A DNA stretch of 64,000 nucleotides, taken from NCBI GenBank assembly GCA_964016885.1, contig OZ024743.1:120528001-120592000 (forward strand), given 5' to 3'. This document shows positions 41,003 through 54,689 of this stretch, in pieces. The stretch is from Eledone cirrhosa. Lineage: Eukaryota. The notes under the pieces are model-generated. The model worked only from the letters and a program-made list of their open reading frames with translations, did no database searches and was not told where the DNA came from. The translations under genes and the position numbers were made by a program. Numbering within the stretch: the first letter of the stretch is position 1; each line of letters opens with the position of its first letter.

Positions 41003-41753
41003 TATGATTGCCATTGAATGGCTATGACCTCATCAGGCAGTTAGTCAGTTCTTAGATATGCCAGCTCTGTGTTTATAGTGTTGATGGTATCAGAGCCTTG
41101 GGACATATGAGCTTGTTAGGAATAAATTAATGTTGTCAGCAGAAATAGCCTTGATTCTCATTGGTCAGTTTGTAGATGGTAGTAGGGTTGGTATTTGACC
41201 TCAAAGAGGCAGGTGGTTTTGTAAAGTTCAAACCTTCAGGCAAGATGACAATAGTTCCATATGACTGATTTTCACAAAAGGCATTCCTGGTCAGATATAC
41301 ATTTAATTAAGGTTAATAGTATAAAATAGATACTACAGGTCATTCTTAAATAGAGGAATTTATGTGGAGTGGTTCTACTGAAATTTATGGTTGGAGTAGA
41401 AAATTTACAAATAAAAAGACTTATGTAGGTTGGCTTGCACTACACTCACACCCACCTCCACAGACATACACACACATCCACACAGGTGTGCATATATATA
41501 CACGCATGCATATATATATATAAAATATATACATATAAAAATATAAAAAATATATATATACATAAAATACACACATACATAAAATATATACACACATAAA
41601 ACATACATACATATATATATATAAAATACACATACATATACATATATATATAAAATATATACATATATATACATATATATAAAGTACACATATATACACA
41701 TATAAAATATATATATATATACACATGATACATATATACATATATATATAAAA

Positions 41754-42680
41754 TCGGGTTCAATAAACGTGGTTTAGATGACTCCTAACCAGTAGAGGAT
41801 CCGGTGGACCATCCACCATAGGGACCACAAACTATGGGTGGTTGTTGTTGTCCATTGGTCATTGGTAGGGGGTGTAGGGGACCTACAGGTGGCGTTGTGG
41901 GAGGCCGTAACCGGGGTTTATCCATATAGCTTGAGGAAAGTTCCCGTCCTTAGGTGTTTTGCAAGCACCGAATAAGTGGGCCCTTCTGTTTAATAGCTTG
42001 GTTCCGCCATGAAGAATCTCGAGTGTCTCACTAAGACAGAGGTTGCAAATACCAGACCCGCCTCTGTCTGGGGGAACCTTTCTAACCACGGACCAGGCCA
42101 GAGAGTGCGGGGTCTTTTCAAGTTTGAGCTTCCAGATCAATTCAGAAAGGGCCGTACATTTCTTCTTATCTATTCTGTTAAAGGAATGGCGATGGTTATA
42201 CCACCGATCTTCGAAGCTCGTCGCTGTGGATCCTATGTAGTGGTGCTCAGAGTTAGGGGTTGTGACCTTGCACCTGTAGACCACGTTTTTCGTCATGCAT
42301 TCATTACTAAGAGGGCATAGTGATGGGTCTCTGTAATTACATGACTTCTTAAGCCCCACCACATGTACCGCGTGGTTACCATCACTCGGGGTTGGTTGGG
42401 TAGCCTCCGTAATCAGTACAGGGTCATTGGGTTGCGGTGTGCTAGTTGGGCCTGTCCGGGTTCCGTTGCGTCCCGCTTGCTTGTTCTGTTGGGTGGCTTT
42501 GGGGTTTACGGTGGTATTACATTGAGCCTAATCCTATTTATGCCAGATATGTGGTGGGCTATGGAGCGTGAGTAGGAAAGTTTCACCGCGTGCCTGTTGA
42601 ATATTTTATGGTACTTGTGGGCCCTAGGGAAACATTTATCCAGTACTCTAAAGAATGTTCTAGCCAGGCTAGCCAGAGAG
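41754..42680 (-). mobile_element. Second Naiad-type PLE fragment (post-RT region + GIY-YIG), frameshifted
   Basis: 'LDKCFPRAHKYHKIFNRHAVKLSYS' and 'CPLSNEC..NVVYRC..YIGST..FEDRWYNHRHSF..ALSELIWKLK..CNLCLSE' are collinear with the 8046 ORF but divergent. Confidence 0.85.
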
Positions 42681-42706
42681 GTGGAGAGAGAAAGATATAT
42701 ATATAT

Positions 42707-42902
42707 ACGTAGGTTCCGGGTTGAGTCGGGGATAACCACAGTAAGTAAGGTACTCAATACATGGCAGATAAAAATTTTTTTATTTTATAGAAGGAGCTTC
42801 TACAGGACTAGTACTGTTTCATTCAGATGAAATCTTCAGGAAGCTCAGGAAGATTTCATCTGAATGAAACAGTACTAGTCCTGTAGAAGCTCCTTCTATA
42901 AA

Positions 42903-42905
<3 letters not shown>
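42707..42905 (-). mobile_element. Family B palindromic mini-element (reverse orientation) with intact HHR at ~42794-42846
   Basis: Minus strand gagcttc-CTGAAGA...GAAACAG-tactagtc-CTGTA|gaagctc, with a 7-bp stem I. Confidence 0.85.
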
Positions 42906-42935
<30 letters not shown>

Positions 42936-42956
42936 TATACATATATATACATATAC

Positions 42957-42987
<31 letters not shown>

Positions 42988-43013
42988 TATATGTATATGT
43001 ATATATATGTATA

Positions 43014-43100
<87 letters not shown>

Positions 43101-43104
<4 letters not shown>

Positions 43105-43272
43105 TCTGTGCTATTGTGTACTCTCAGAGATCAAATATCATGCTCGAAGTAATTATGATTATACTACCTATCTCATATTGGTAGGTAGACACATATTGAG
43201 ATAGGTAATATAATCATAATTAATTCGAGCATGATATTTGATCTCTGAGAGTACACAATAGCACAGACTGTA
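43101..43272. mobile_element. Fold-back MITE, Tc1/mariner-like termini
   Basis: ta-CAGTC...GACTG-ta ends, ~75-bp inverted arms, short spacer. Confidence 0.75.
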
Positions 43273-44214
43273 ATGGCTGTTTATTTTTAGTTATGTTTAC
43301 GTTAAACAATCGAGAAGGATGGCCCTTTATACCATATAAAGAAAATATGGAATGTTTGTCATAATATGTTGGATATCTATAGATGAAAGAAATGGCCTAA
43401 AAGACCGAGATATTAGGGGGTGGACAATGTAAGGAATGGTGAAAAAACAAACAAATATGAAAGTGAAACCAGTCTTCAGCTGTCTCTTGGCTTTCAGTGA
43501 GATTTCGACAACACCTAATTCACATATATAAGTGTATGTGAGTATTATACATTTACAAACACAAATACATATACATACAAACACGCACACTCACGCCCTC
43601 CCCCCACACACATATTATAATACCCCTTGACAGAAAAAAACTGAGAATATTTTATACCTCCAAGCACAATGTTGGGATTATGAAACTGATTAAAACAATA
43701 TTCATATAAAGTAATTATCTAAATTAACATCGCATTTTTTAAAGAGTTATTTCCCCCGAAAAATCAATGGTATATATTATAATGGGTAGTATTTGAAAGT
43801 ATTATAATATATGGATTTTGAAATTATAATTTTCATAATATTTACTATTTTCGTTAAATTTTAAATGTTTAGATAGTTGATATAAATTATATCTCCGTCG
43901 TAGTACAATGAATTCTCAACTTTTGGTGGAATTCGAAAAACTAAGATTAAAGGATTATGAAAATAAATACGTAATAATAAGTAAGGAAAAAGAAAACAAG
44001 GCACGACAAATGAGAAAGGTGAAGAATAAGGTGTTATTATCTTGTTTCCAACAGCTCACACAATCAAGATGGTGTAGGACAGAACAAAGGAGAGACATAC
44101 AATAACACATTAGTAACCGAGGAAGTCACAGAATGTGTGATGAAAGAGCTTTGACAATGGAAAAATAAAAACCCACCCGGTTATTAAACTAACAAACTGG
44201 AAATGTATAATAAA

Positions 44215-45048
44215 CTAGCAGAATGGCCCGGCGTTGCTCGGGATTCTAAACATAGGTTGGCATGTTTATCCCTCCTTTCTGAAACAGTACAGAGAAGTAC
44301 GGAATACCTCGGCCTGGGGATGGTGTCTACATTTTGTGCTTATAAAAAAATTCGTCGTAGATTACCAGGGGTTTAACTTAATTGGGTGCCTGAGAGTAAA
44401 ATGTTCAACCCACGAAAGCCAAGAGGTTAAGTAAAAAGGCATTCGACAAACCGAACATGTATTTGTTGTGCTATGGTACAATGAAAGAAATAGTTACAGT
44501 GGTGGAGAGCATGAAGGAATTTAGTTGGATACTTTTAAGGTTACAGGCCCTAACGCAACAAAAATGCTAAACAATGTGGACTCCGGGCAAAAATTTGAAA
44601 TCTTTTTCAGTCAAGAAAATTTGTGAAACATACGTAATGCATACGCAAAGTTTAAAAAAAATCGGTTGGCTACTTCTCGAGTTACAGGCTCTAACGCAAC
44701 CAAAATGCTTTAAAAAATCGGTTTTTCGCCTAATGCGGTCCCTAGGGCAAAAGATGAGAAAATCTATTTTGCTCAAAACACTTTAAACAATATAAGTAAT
44801 GCAAATTTTAAAGAAATCGCCTGGATTATTGTTTCGTTATGTCTAAAAAAAGCCTTTAAAGCCTAAAATATGCCGTGTTTCGCCTAATGCGGTCCCTAGG
44901 ACAGTGAAAATTTGAAATATTCTTCGCTCAAAACACTCACACGACCATGTGTTTTTATTGGCAGCAGGACCCTTCCAAAGTATGATAGTATCTGTTTCAA
45001 CACAAGTTTTCAGATAAGAAATCTTGCAAAACAAATAGATAAAACGAA

Positions 45049-45050
<2 letters not shown>
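44215..45050 (-). mobile_element. Non-autonomous Helitron/HINE-like element
   Basis: Terminal CTAG (44215-44218) next to GC hairpin cccggcgttgctcggg (44227-44242). Internal direct repeats (gttacaggcYctaacgcaac, tttcgcctaatgcggtccctagg). Far boundary approximate. Confidence 0.65.
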
Positions 45051-45101
<51 letters not shown>

Positions 45102-45208
45102 ATTGAAATATATGTCTTATGCAGAGATTGATAATGGAGCCGATTATCGGCGAGACATATGTAAAATTCGATATGGAATAAAGACATTTTAAATGGAAAT
45201 TTCGTTTA

Positions 45209-45436
45209 TCTTCTTCTTCTTCTTCTTCTTCTTCTTCTTCTTCTTCTTCTTCTTCTTCTTCTTCTTCTTCTTCTTCTTCTTCTTCTTCTTCTTCTTCTTC
45301 TTCTTCTTCTTCTTCTTCTTCTTCTTCTTCTTCTTCTTCTTCTTCTTCTTCTTCTTCTTCTTCTTCTTCTTCTTCTTCTTCTTCTTCTTCTTCTTCTTCT
45401 TCTTCTTCTTCTTCTTCTTCTTCTTCTTCTTCTTCA
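45209..45436. repeat. Pure (CTT)n microsatellite, ~75 units
   Basis: Seen directly in the sequence. Confidence 0.98.
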
Positions 45437-45519
45437 ACCATTACCTAAGATTCATGACCATATATAATATATATTACATAAAAGAAGAGTAATTTCTGCG
45501 TCTGTCTGTCTGCCACACT

Positions 45520-45587
<68 letters not shown>

Positions 45588-45751
45588 AGTTTTCTTTGGG
45601 TATTTGTGCGTGTGTGTGTGTGTGTCAAAATATAGACAACGCTGCACAGACTTTAAAAAACGTCTTTCCGTATAATGACAGGTTGTTGTTGTTGTTTTTT
45701 TGATAAAGAAAAACAGAGAAAGAGAGAAAGAGAGCGAGAGAGCGAGATAGG

Positions 45752-45824
<73 letters not shown>

Positions 45825-46535
45825 TGAGAGAGAGGAGGCGGCGGGGAGTATGTGTGTCTGTGTGTGTGAAAGATAGATAGAATTAAAATATGTTTCAAGA
45901 AAAAACACCAGGCTGTTGTTGTTGTTAAGAGAGAAAGGCAGTGAGAGAGTGTGTGGAAAAAAACGTGTGTGTGTATGTGTGTTTCTGTATTTCCTTCAAC
46001 ATATAGACAACGCAACTTAAAAAAAAAGACCATGACATTTGTCCGCCATACTTGGCAAATCATAGCAAAGTAAAGGGCCTGTAGCAGTGCTGTAGCTGTA
46101 GAACGTGTGTGCAACTCTGACAATGCATCGTAGCATTGGTCTATCTCTGGCTCTGAAGACAGAACACTTGGGTTTAATGTCTGCTGTCTAATTGGCATTC
46201 CTATTAGACAAATAATCCCTTTTATTCGTTGCTGGATCAGATGATAAATATAGGACTAACCATGTGCCAAATGTCCTCATTTCACAAGGTGAACTTTTAC
46301 CTCCAGGGAATTGTTCAGAATCCAGGTTTGGCACTGATAGGTAATGGTTGAGATGAAAGTAAAGTTGATCAGTTTGGTTCTTTAGATGTTCTAAATACTA
46401 CTGAATGTGTTTGCCTTCTATGTTTAGGTTCCCATTCTTAACAAAGATTCTCCTCAAGTATGTGAGCTCAGTTGTTTGTTTGATCAGCTGTCTGTTATTG
46501 GTAATATCTGTCTTCCCTATACTGATCTTCATTCA

Positions 46536-46724
46536 ATAATTGTTTCTACTTTAGGCACAAGGCCAGCAATTACCCAGTGCATTACTGGTACTTTATTTTA
46601 TCGACCCCGTAAGGATGAAAGGCAAAGTCAACCTCGGCGGGATTTGAACTCAGATCGTAAAGGGACGTAACTATGCTGGAAAGCATGGCGTCCGACTCTC
46701 TACTGATACTGCCAATCCACCGCC
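46536..46724 (-). mobile_element. Full-length SINE
   Basis: Nearly identical to 3881-4067. TSD atcttcattcaataat at 46525-46540 and 46727-46742. Confidence 0.9.
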
Positions 46725-47058
46725 CTATCTTCATTCAATAATGTTCACAGCCTTATTTTCATGTTTTGACGTAAAAAAAAATAATAGTCTGTTTAAAATC
46801 CTTTCGTCTAAGTTGGCGTTGTTGGTAATTTTATCCATGTACATGATAAACAGCAGGAGTGATACCAGAATCACGTCTCATCTCAGATTTCGATTGGAAA
46901 CTGTTCGAAAATCCAATTAGGGACACACGGAGCTTGGGCTATTACACACGCACACACACGCACACACACGCACACACACACACGCACACACACACACACA
47001 CACACAGACACACACACACACATACAGACAGAGACACACACACAGACACACACACACA

Positions 47059-47107
<49 letters not shown>

Positions 47108-47190
47108 ACACACACACACACATACACACACATATGTTTGTGTTTGTTTATACACATACATGTGTGTTTATATATATATATATATATATA

Positions 47191-47730
47191 TAAATGGCTT
47201 TTACAGGACTAGAACTGTTTCATTCGGGAGAAATCATCAGGAAGCCGACTGTCCAAGTAATATGGTGGTTTTTATATCTTTTCTGGTGGTAGGAAAGGGT
47301 GATGATTGGGATGGGTGGAGGTCATTGGTTGATGGATTTAAAGAAAAGGGAATTCTTTAAAAACTATATTTAGAGTTAGAAAGGCAGAAAGAATTCAAAC
47401 TTGGTGTCTGTAGACAGGTTCAGACTGGGGGGGGGGGGGGGGTCACACCTGATTTTTAAGGTTCATTTAAGCTAACAATGGCTATTCATCGGTAGCTCTG
47501 CCGAAATGGTCAGGTATCTACACTCACACACGTACACACACCCTGTCCTACCACCAGAAAAGGTATAAATACAACCATATTACTTGGACAGTCGGCTTCC
47601 TCCTGATGATTTCTCCCGAACGAAACAGTCCTACTCCTATAGAAGCCATTTCTATATTAAAAACTTATACTCTGCTATCTATTGAGTAGCTTACTTACTG
47701 TGGTTACCTCCGATTGAACCCGGTATAAAC
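47191..47730 (+). mobile_element. Family B-related PLE end with inverted pLTR-like arms, two HHRs and tail
   Basis: Inverted arms ~47191-47300 and ~47541-47652. HHRs at 47196-47246 (-) and 47594-47647 (+). Tail resembles 6111-6181. Confidence 0.8.
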
Positions 47731-47751
47731 TTATATATATACATACATATC

Positions 47752-47813
<62 letters not shown>

Positions 47814-47817
<4 letters not shown>

Positions 47818-47935
47818 AACGAGTAGGACCCCGACGGCTGGGCTCAAGTCGTCCTATTACCCACTCTACTACCCTAAGTATTGAGTACTTTGGTGCGTTA
47901 TGGTCGACCTGGTTCCTTACCACATTTCCTTCGTT
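47814..47935 (+). mobile_element. Family A mini-element (short inverted arm + tail)
   Basis: taggaacgagtaggaccccgacggc..., followed by a tail nearly identical to 2831-2900. Confidence 0.8.
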
Positions 47936-49250
47936 TTATATATATATGAGTGTGTGTGTGGTATATATATGAATCTGCGGTTTGTTTTGTATGTGTAGTA
48001 AATTATTAAGTATGCGATCTTGCGCGGAAAATGGTTATTATGATATGTGCGGAAAATAATCCAGACCAAGGTTGTTTTGGACGGGTGTACAATATACATT
48101 TTGTAGTTTATACATTTATGTGTTCAGTTAGTGCTAAAATACAACAGATGTAGGGGAAAGACTATTTTTGATGTAAGCAGGAAAGAAAAATCCAGGTGAT
48201 AAAGTGGTAATAATCCGAATGAAAAACACACGTGTTGACAAGTGAGTAGCTGTCTAGAAGAGGTAGTGGTCGAGGGAGCCAAACTGTTTTTACTTCAGAG
48301 GAGAGGAAAGTTAGGGGAGAGAATAACTAACCGAAAAGATGTGTGTAATTGAAAGTGTGTGATGGTGAAAGGGATGGCTAGTGTAGGCAGCAGCGTATAA
48401 TTGCGTGTGCATATGTTTATGTATTCTGAAGAGGTTTGCTTATGTGTTCGAGTAAGTTTGTATTGTGTGTATCTACATTTGTATAGAGATATGAACTGCT
48501 GCATGTTAGTGTATGTGTTTGTGCCAGTGCCTATAAGTGTGTATTCATTTAGTTGCGCACATATATACATTAGAAGAAAGACAGAGAGAGAGAGAGAAAT
48601 AGAAAGAGAGAAAGAGAGAGAGACAGAGAGAAAGAGTGAGAGAAGAAAGAGAGAGAGAGAGAAAGAGAGAAAAGAGAGAGAGAGAGAAAGAGAGAGACAG
48701 AGAGAGAGAGAGAGAGAGGGAGAGAAATCCCAGACATGTATACACATTTAACAGTATAAATATATGTGTGTGTATATATATGTGTGTATATGCATGTCTA
48801 TTTATGTATACAAAATGTACATAACTATCTATCTCTGTGATTCATACAGGTAACATGTAATGCGGTACCTTAGGTTTCACAGACTTAGTATGGCAGCAAC
48901 TGCAAGCTGTATACAACAGTGCCGAATTTAGGACTACGTAATCATATATTCATACATATGCATATATATATATATATATATGCAAATACATATATATGTG
49001 CATACACAAATATAAATATGTATATAAACATACATACATAAATACATACATATATATATCTCCCAAGGTAACTCTCTCTTGTGTTGTTATTTTAATTTTT
49101 ATCTTTTATACTCTTCCCTTCATTCTACACATCTCACACATCTTATACACACCACGCATCTCAACGTACACCCACTTACATCTCTCTCTCCACCACCGGA
49201 CCTTGTTACCCGGAGATTTACCCATTTGCATTGTCGAGGCTTCCAAACGA

Positions 49251-49292
<42 letters not shown>

Positions 49293-49405
49293 TAAAAGGA
49301 AAAGAAAATGGTGACAAATTTTTCCCAGTGAAAAATTTGTCAGTATTTTCTTTTCCTTTTACTAATATATCACAACTCGTGTGTTACACCTTTATTTAAA
49401 AAAAA

Positions 49406-49439
<34 letters not shown>

Positions 49440-49440
49440 T

Positions 49441-50277
49441 AAATTATGTCCTTAGAATCATTTGATAAGATATATACTCAATTTCCTCTCCCAATTAGCA
49501 TAATCAATCACACAACAAACCAATTAAACCAGACTATAAGATTAAAAGGCACCCGTGAAGAAATAATAGATAAATAAATAGTGAAGAAATAATAGATAAA
49601 TAAACGATAGCCATTTATTCGCGATCAACAGCCATAGAATATTTACCCATCATTTCAATAGCACGTGGAAATGACACATTTCGTTTCTACTCTTAGGGTT
49701 TCGTTCGCTTTTGGAAATATCCTATCAGGGATATATCCTCGAGCTTCGAACTCATCAGGAAACAAGCTCACTTGGACAAAGATTTTTCTTAAATGAACCC
49801 CGCCAGAAACGAATTCAAAATGGCTAAGAACTGTGACGTGGCAGTGGTCAAGTCAGACAGAATGTGATTGGTACCTCACGGCTAGTAGGCTGGTTGCTAG
49901 AAAGCGCAGCCTAATATTGACCAAATTGCATCTCAACCTTATGGGAGATTATCAAATATAAAGATTTACATATACACAAACTAGACAGAGTTATAGATAT
50001 GTTTTTGGCAACCATTCACGATGTGGCTCAATGATGAATTAATAAATTAAATAATCAGAGCAATATACTATAAATTATGTCCTTAGAATCATTTGATAAG
50101 ATATATACTCAATTTCCTCTCCCAATTAGCATAATCAACCACACAAAAAAACAATTAAACCAGGCTATAAGATTAAAAGGCACCTGCGAAGAAATAATAG
50201 ATAAATAAACGATAGCCATTTATTAGCGATCAACAGCCATAGAATATTTACCCATCATTTCAATAGCACGTGGAAAT
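49441..50277 (-). mobile_element. ORF-less partial-tandem HHR element (retrozyme/pLTR-like, ~605-bp unit)
   Basis: Direct repeats 49441-49672 and 50072-50277 flank a canonical HHR; the 3' end abuts (TA)n. Confidence 0.8.
49682..49764 (-). ncRNA. Canonical type I hammerhead ribozyme with extended stem II
   Basis: tgtttc-CTGATGA-gttcg...cgaac-GAAAC-cctaaga-GTA|gaaacg, with internal hairpin ggatatatcc/ggatatttcc. Confidence 0.85.
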
Positions 50278-50320
50278 CGATTAAATATATCGTCAGCCAT
50301 ACACAATTAGGTATAAAATT

Positions 50321-50367
<47 letters not shown>

Positions 50368-50556
50368 AATATATATATATATATATATAAAATAAATATA
50401 TATAATAAATATATATAATAAAATAAATATGGTTTTATAAATATAGTTTCTATTTATTAATATCATTGCTATTATACTCCAAGAAAAACCCTGTAGAGTG
50501 CTTCGAATCTGTTATAATAAATAAATTTGTTGAATTACCAGCAAATTAAATATCTG

Positions 50557-50621
<65 letters not shown>

Positions 50622-50623
<2 letters not shown>

Positions 50624-50706
50624 CGAAGGAAATGTGGTAAGGAACAAGATGGACCATAACGCACCAACGTACTCAATACTTAGAGTAGAGTAGTAGAGTG
50701 GGTAAT
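50622..50706 (-). mobile_element. Family A tail-only insertion in (TA)n
   Basis: Reverse complement of the 2829-2910 tail, starting at the tattaccc junction. Confidence 0.75.
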
Positions 50707-50781
50707 ATATATATATACATATATATATATATGTATGCACGTATATTTATATGTGCATATATCTATATATATGCATATATA

Positions 50782-50844
<63 letters not shown>

Positions 50845-53800
50845 ATGTACGTATATACATACACACACACGTATGTACATACACACACACACATACACAA
50901 TATATCAAGCCATTGTTGTGGTTACAAGGATTTTTCTTTATATGGTCATCACCTCCTTCGTCATTTTTCTTTTCTCTGATGACACAAATATAAACATAAT
51001 TAATCATTAATCATTGAGTCAATGTCTAGATCGTGATATATAAATACATTTATTTTATATATATGAACTTCTGACCTCATTCATACCTCTGTCTATGAAA
51101 ATCTAGCAATTGATATATGTTTCACTTTCACGAGAGACAAATATTGATTTCCCAAGCATTTGTTAGTATATATTTGCTACCAATAAATGATGTTTCCATA
51201 TATGTAAATAAAATATAAATATTTGCCATAGTCTAAAAAGGAATCAGTGGTTTGGATATCCTTATTTAAAATCTTATTAACTCCCTAAAACAGATCCAAC
51301 AGATATCTGATATAAGTGAACAATAGTAAAAAATAAAATATATATTAACATAGTATAACCTTTTCACATACAATAATATTTTAATCTATAGAACATTTGA
51401 TACTCAAACACATTGAAATAGATTTTTCTTTCTAAAACTCAATTTTCCTGGATGACGTCTTTGAATAATTGCTTTAAATCTATTATTTAAAATATGCAAA
51501 TGTTTCTTCCTGTTTGTGTTCAATATTTATTTCTAGTTTACGATTCTTTCACCAATACTTTCGGCAAATACAGCGACATCTATGCTCCACTGTAAAACTC
51601 TAGCCAAATCGAAACCCCTCCGTAGTTACTGGAATAATCAAAATTAAATTTGCTATTTATTATGACTTCTCCACATTACGTAAATGTTCCCGACTAGCCT
51701 TTTAATGCTAACTGCAATACATATAAGGGCACTGATTTCACCTCTTGTTTGCATTTTGTAAACTGCTCACCTGACTAACATCCTACAATCTAAAAGATAC
51801 ACTCATATTAGAGTATCTATAGTACAAAAAGTTGGGAGAGTCATGGCTGAAACGCCTTTGATCACAGAGGCTAAGCAACAATAATTGCTAGAAATATACA
51901 GTTGTTTGAAAGAGTTGGAACAATTGTACAAAATATTTCCGCTTCCCCATTTTCCTCATCATCGCAGGCATATTACATATCTATCTATCAAAACATCATC
52001 GAATTTTTCCATCCGCTTTTTAAATGGAAGTCATACTCTTATCAGATTTTATTCCTTCTCAATATACATCATGGGTTGTATAACCGTTCTTATTTTAGTG
52101 AGCTCTAACCGATCCACATTAGTGTTTGCAGTTTCCGAGAATATAAATCGATAAGACCTTTTTGTGGAGAAAATACAATTATAAATAGAAACGCAAGACT
52201 ATTTTTTTTTTAGAAGTTGTAGAAGATTACAGGAAAGGAATTTAGAATATTCATCTTGTGTTTTAATGTGAAAGGGGTTTGACATAAAATAATTCCCGAT
52301 AAAGAATCCGAAATAGAATTTCCGCCAGATTAATTAATTTTGAAAGACGGAAGCAACTGCAAAATATGATCTTATACTAAGTATTAGAATAGAAAGAGAT
52401 AATATATTCCAGTAAATGAAGAAAGGTATAAAACTAGACAGCTTTAGAAACAGATCTAAATAAATAATATTCCAGCCTGTGAACTAATATCACAGGCTAT
52501 AACTAGTTATTTTAGGCACATAGAATAAACAAATTGTTGTTTCTAAGAATAGCCGTTTACTCATCTGCGTGTTAAAATGGACAGTGAATAATCTCGAGCG
52601 ATAGTAAAGCCAATGCTTTCCAAATATGCGGGCAACAGTGTCGATAGATAAGCAAAATTGTTTCCTTCTTGTAATGTTTTCATTTCGTTATTCAAGGTAT
52701 TTTTGTTTAAATTTATGGCTACCCTAGTATGTTATTTTGAAGCAGTAACACAAATGTAACACGTATATAAACCAATTGTATATATGTATACACATAAAAA
52801 GATGTAGGTAACATTTTGTGGGGAAAATGTTTGATTTTATAAAGTGGAATACAGGCGATGACACGATGGTCTGAAACGTTCATTAAACGAGGAGATTACT
52901 TCTGGTAATAATCTCTAAGTATTCCATTTAGTATCGTTGTTTTGAGAAATAGAGTGCACCTGAGTGAAATTGTTAACTATTTTTCTTTGGCTGAATGACA
53001 ACTGGCAAAACAAACAAACAAGCAAACGAATAAAACAAAAATAAATCACCAATTGATATAGTTTTCGGAATCGACGTTTGAGAATAAATACGATTCAAGA
53101 TTTTGATGTTCGCTTTTTGTATGTTGTAATTGATGGTAGTTTCTAGAGATATAAGAATCTCTATGTAACGTTTCGCCTCTTCCCCTGGACTCGTATTATT
53201 TGGGGTTGATTTTATAGAAATTACACTAGAAAAGAAGATAATTATAGGGAACGGGAATATAATTGGTGAAAGAGCGTCAGAATAGCAAATTTTAAGTCGA
53301 ACTTCAAGTAAACGTGGCTACTTCTTGTTTTAATGGGACAGTTAATAGTTGGAAGAGAGGTGTGTGCAAGAACAAGCAGTGAACTCCTAAGTAGGAGAAG
53401 AGATGAAGTGTAAAGAAGCATCAATCTAGGAGTGGTGAGAATGTTATTTAGAATGTGGAATAATTTCACATATGTCTACATATGTGAATTTTAGTAACCA
53501 AATAGATCATTGAAAATAATTTTCGATACAGTATCCGAAATAAAATGTCTACTAGTTTATTTTTGAATGATGGGAGCAAGTAAAATTTACAATAAAAGAA
53601 GTGAAATTAGTCAAACAAGATATATTCTTTTCCGTATTTGGATACATTTATCGAGGTATAAATAGGAATGGCATTAAGGTTAAGAAATTAAGTCCAGACC
53701 TGTGTCTGTAGTATATTTGTAGTATCTAGTTGCAGACAACCCCCAGAAATCAATACAGATTAGATTACTCAATTACGTATTTAATCTTTGTAAAAATTCC

Positions 53801-54527
53801 TCCTATTTTCACACCAAAAAGAACAAAAACAAGTTACAACTAAACACAGATACTCGCATAAAAATAAAAACATGCATACATAAAAACATACACACACACA
53901 CTGTGAAGTTTATGTATATATAATGATTAATTTTGGATCTACACTAATTTATAGCTATTTCCTGGCTAAGCAGCTTTTAATTACTTGTGTGTGTATATAT
54001 TATGAAAATGAAACAGGAATGAAAGAACAAGGAAAGAGGAGGAGGTTACGCATGTGCCGATTCGATTCGATTACTGTTTCTTGGTGCGCGGCTCATTTGT
54101 TCTCATCATTTTAGAGGCACTGCATTGCACCATTAGGTAAAGCAATTATCGTTGCTTAATTTGCAAGTTTTAACAGTAGAAGCTTCTTCAATCGTTATTC
54201 TAACCGACAATTCAGCTTCTAATAAAATATAAAAACCAGCTATTTATATTGAGCACTTTCTTCTTTGTTTGTCCACAGAAACGGTCTCTAATTCATACTG
54301 AGACACACACATAAGCACATACACACATACATATACAATGGTGGCAAGTGGTAAAAGGTTAATCAACTGAATCTATCTTCGCAATTTCAAGATCGAAATT
54401 TCCATTAATGCTGTTTGAAGACAAGGAAACATTTTAGACAATGCTGTCGAAATGGCCTTTGGCTAAATGGCGAAAGCAACGGACATGGTTCGGAATTGTT
54501 AGATTTTCTCAATAAAGGTAGCGAAGT

Positions 54528-54575
<48 letters not shown>

Positions 54576-54576
54576 T

Positions 54577-54609
<33 letters not shown>

Positions 54610-54689
54610 CCTGCACCCTAAGTATGTTGAGTGGAAAAAATGCCAAAATGGTACCCTGAGTTATTTTCTATCCTCCATATTGTACGCAT

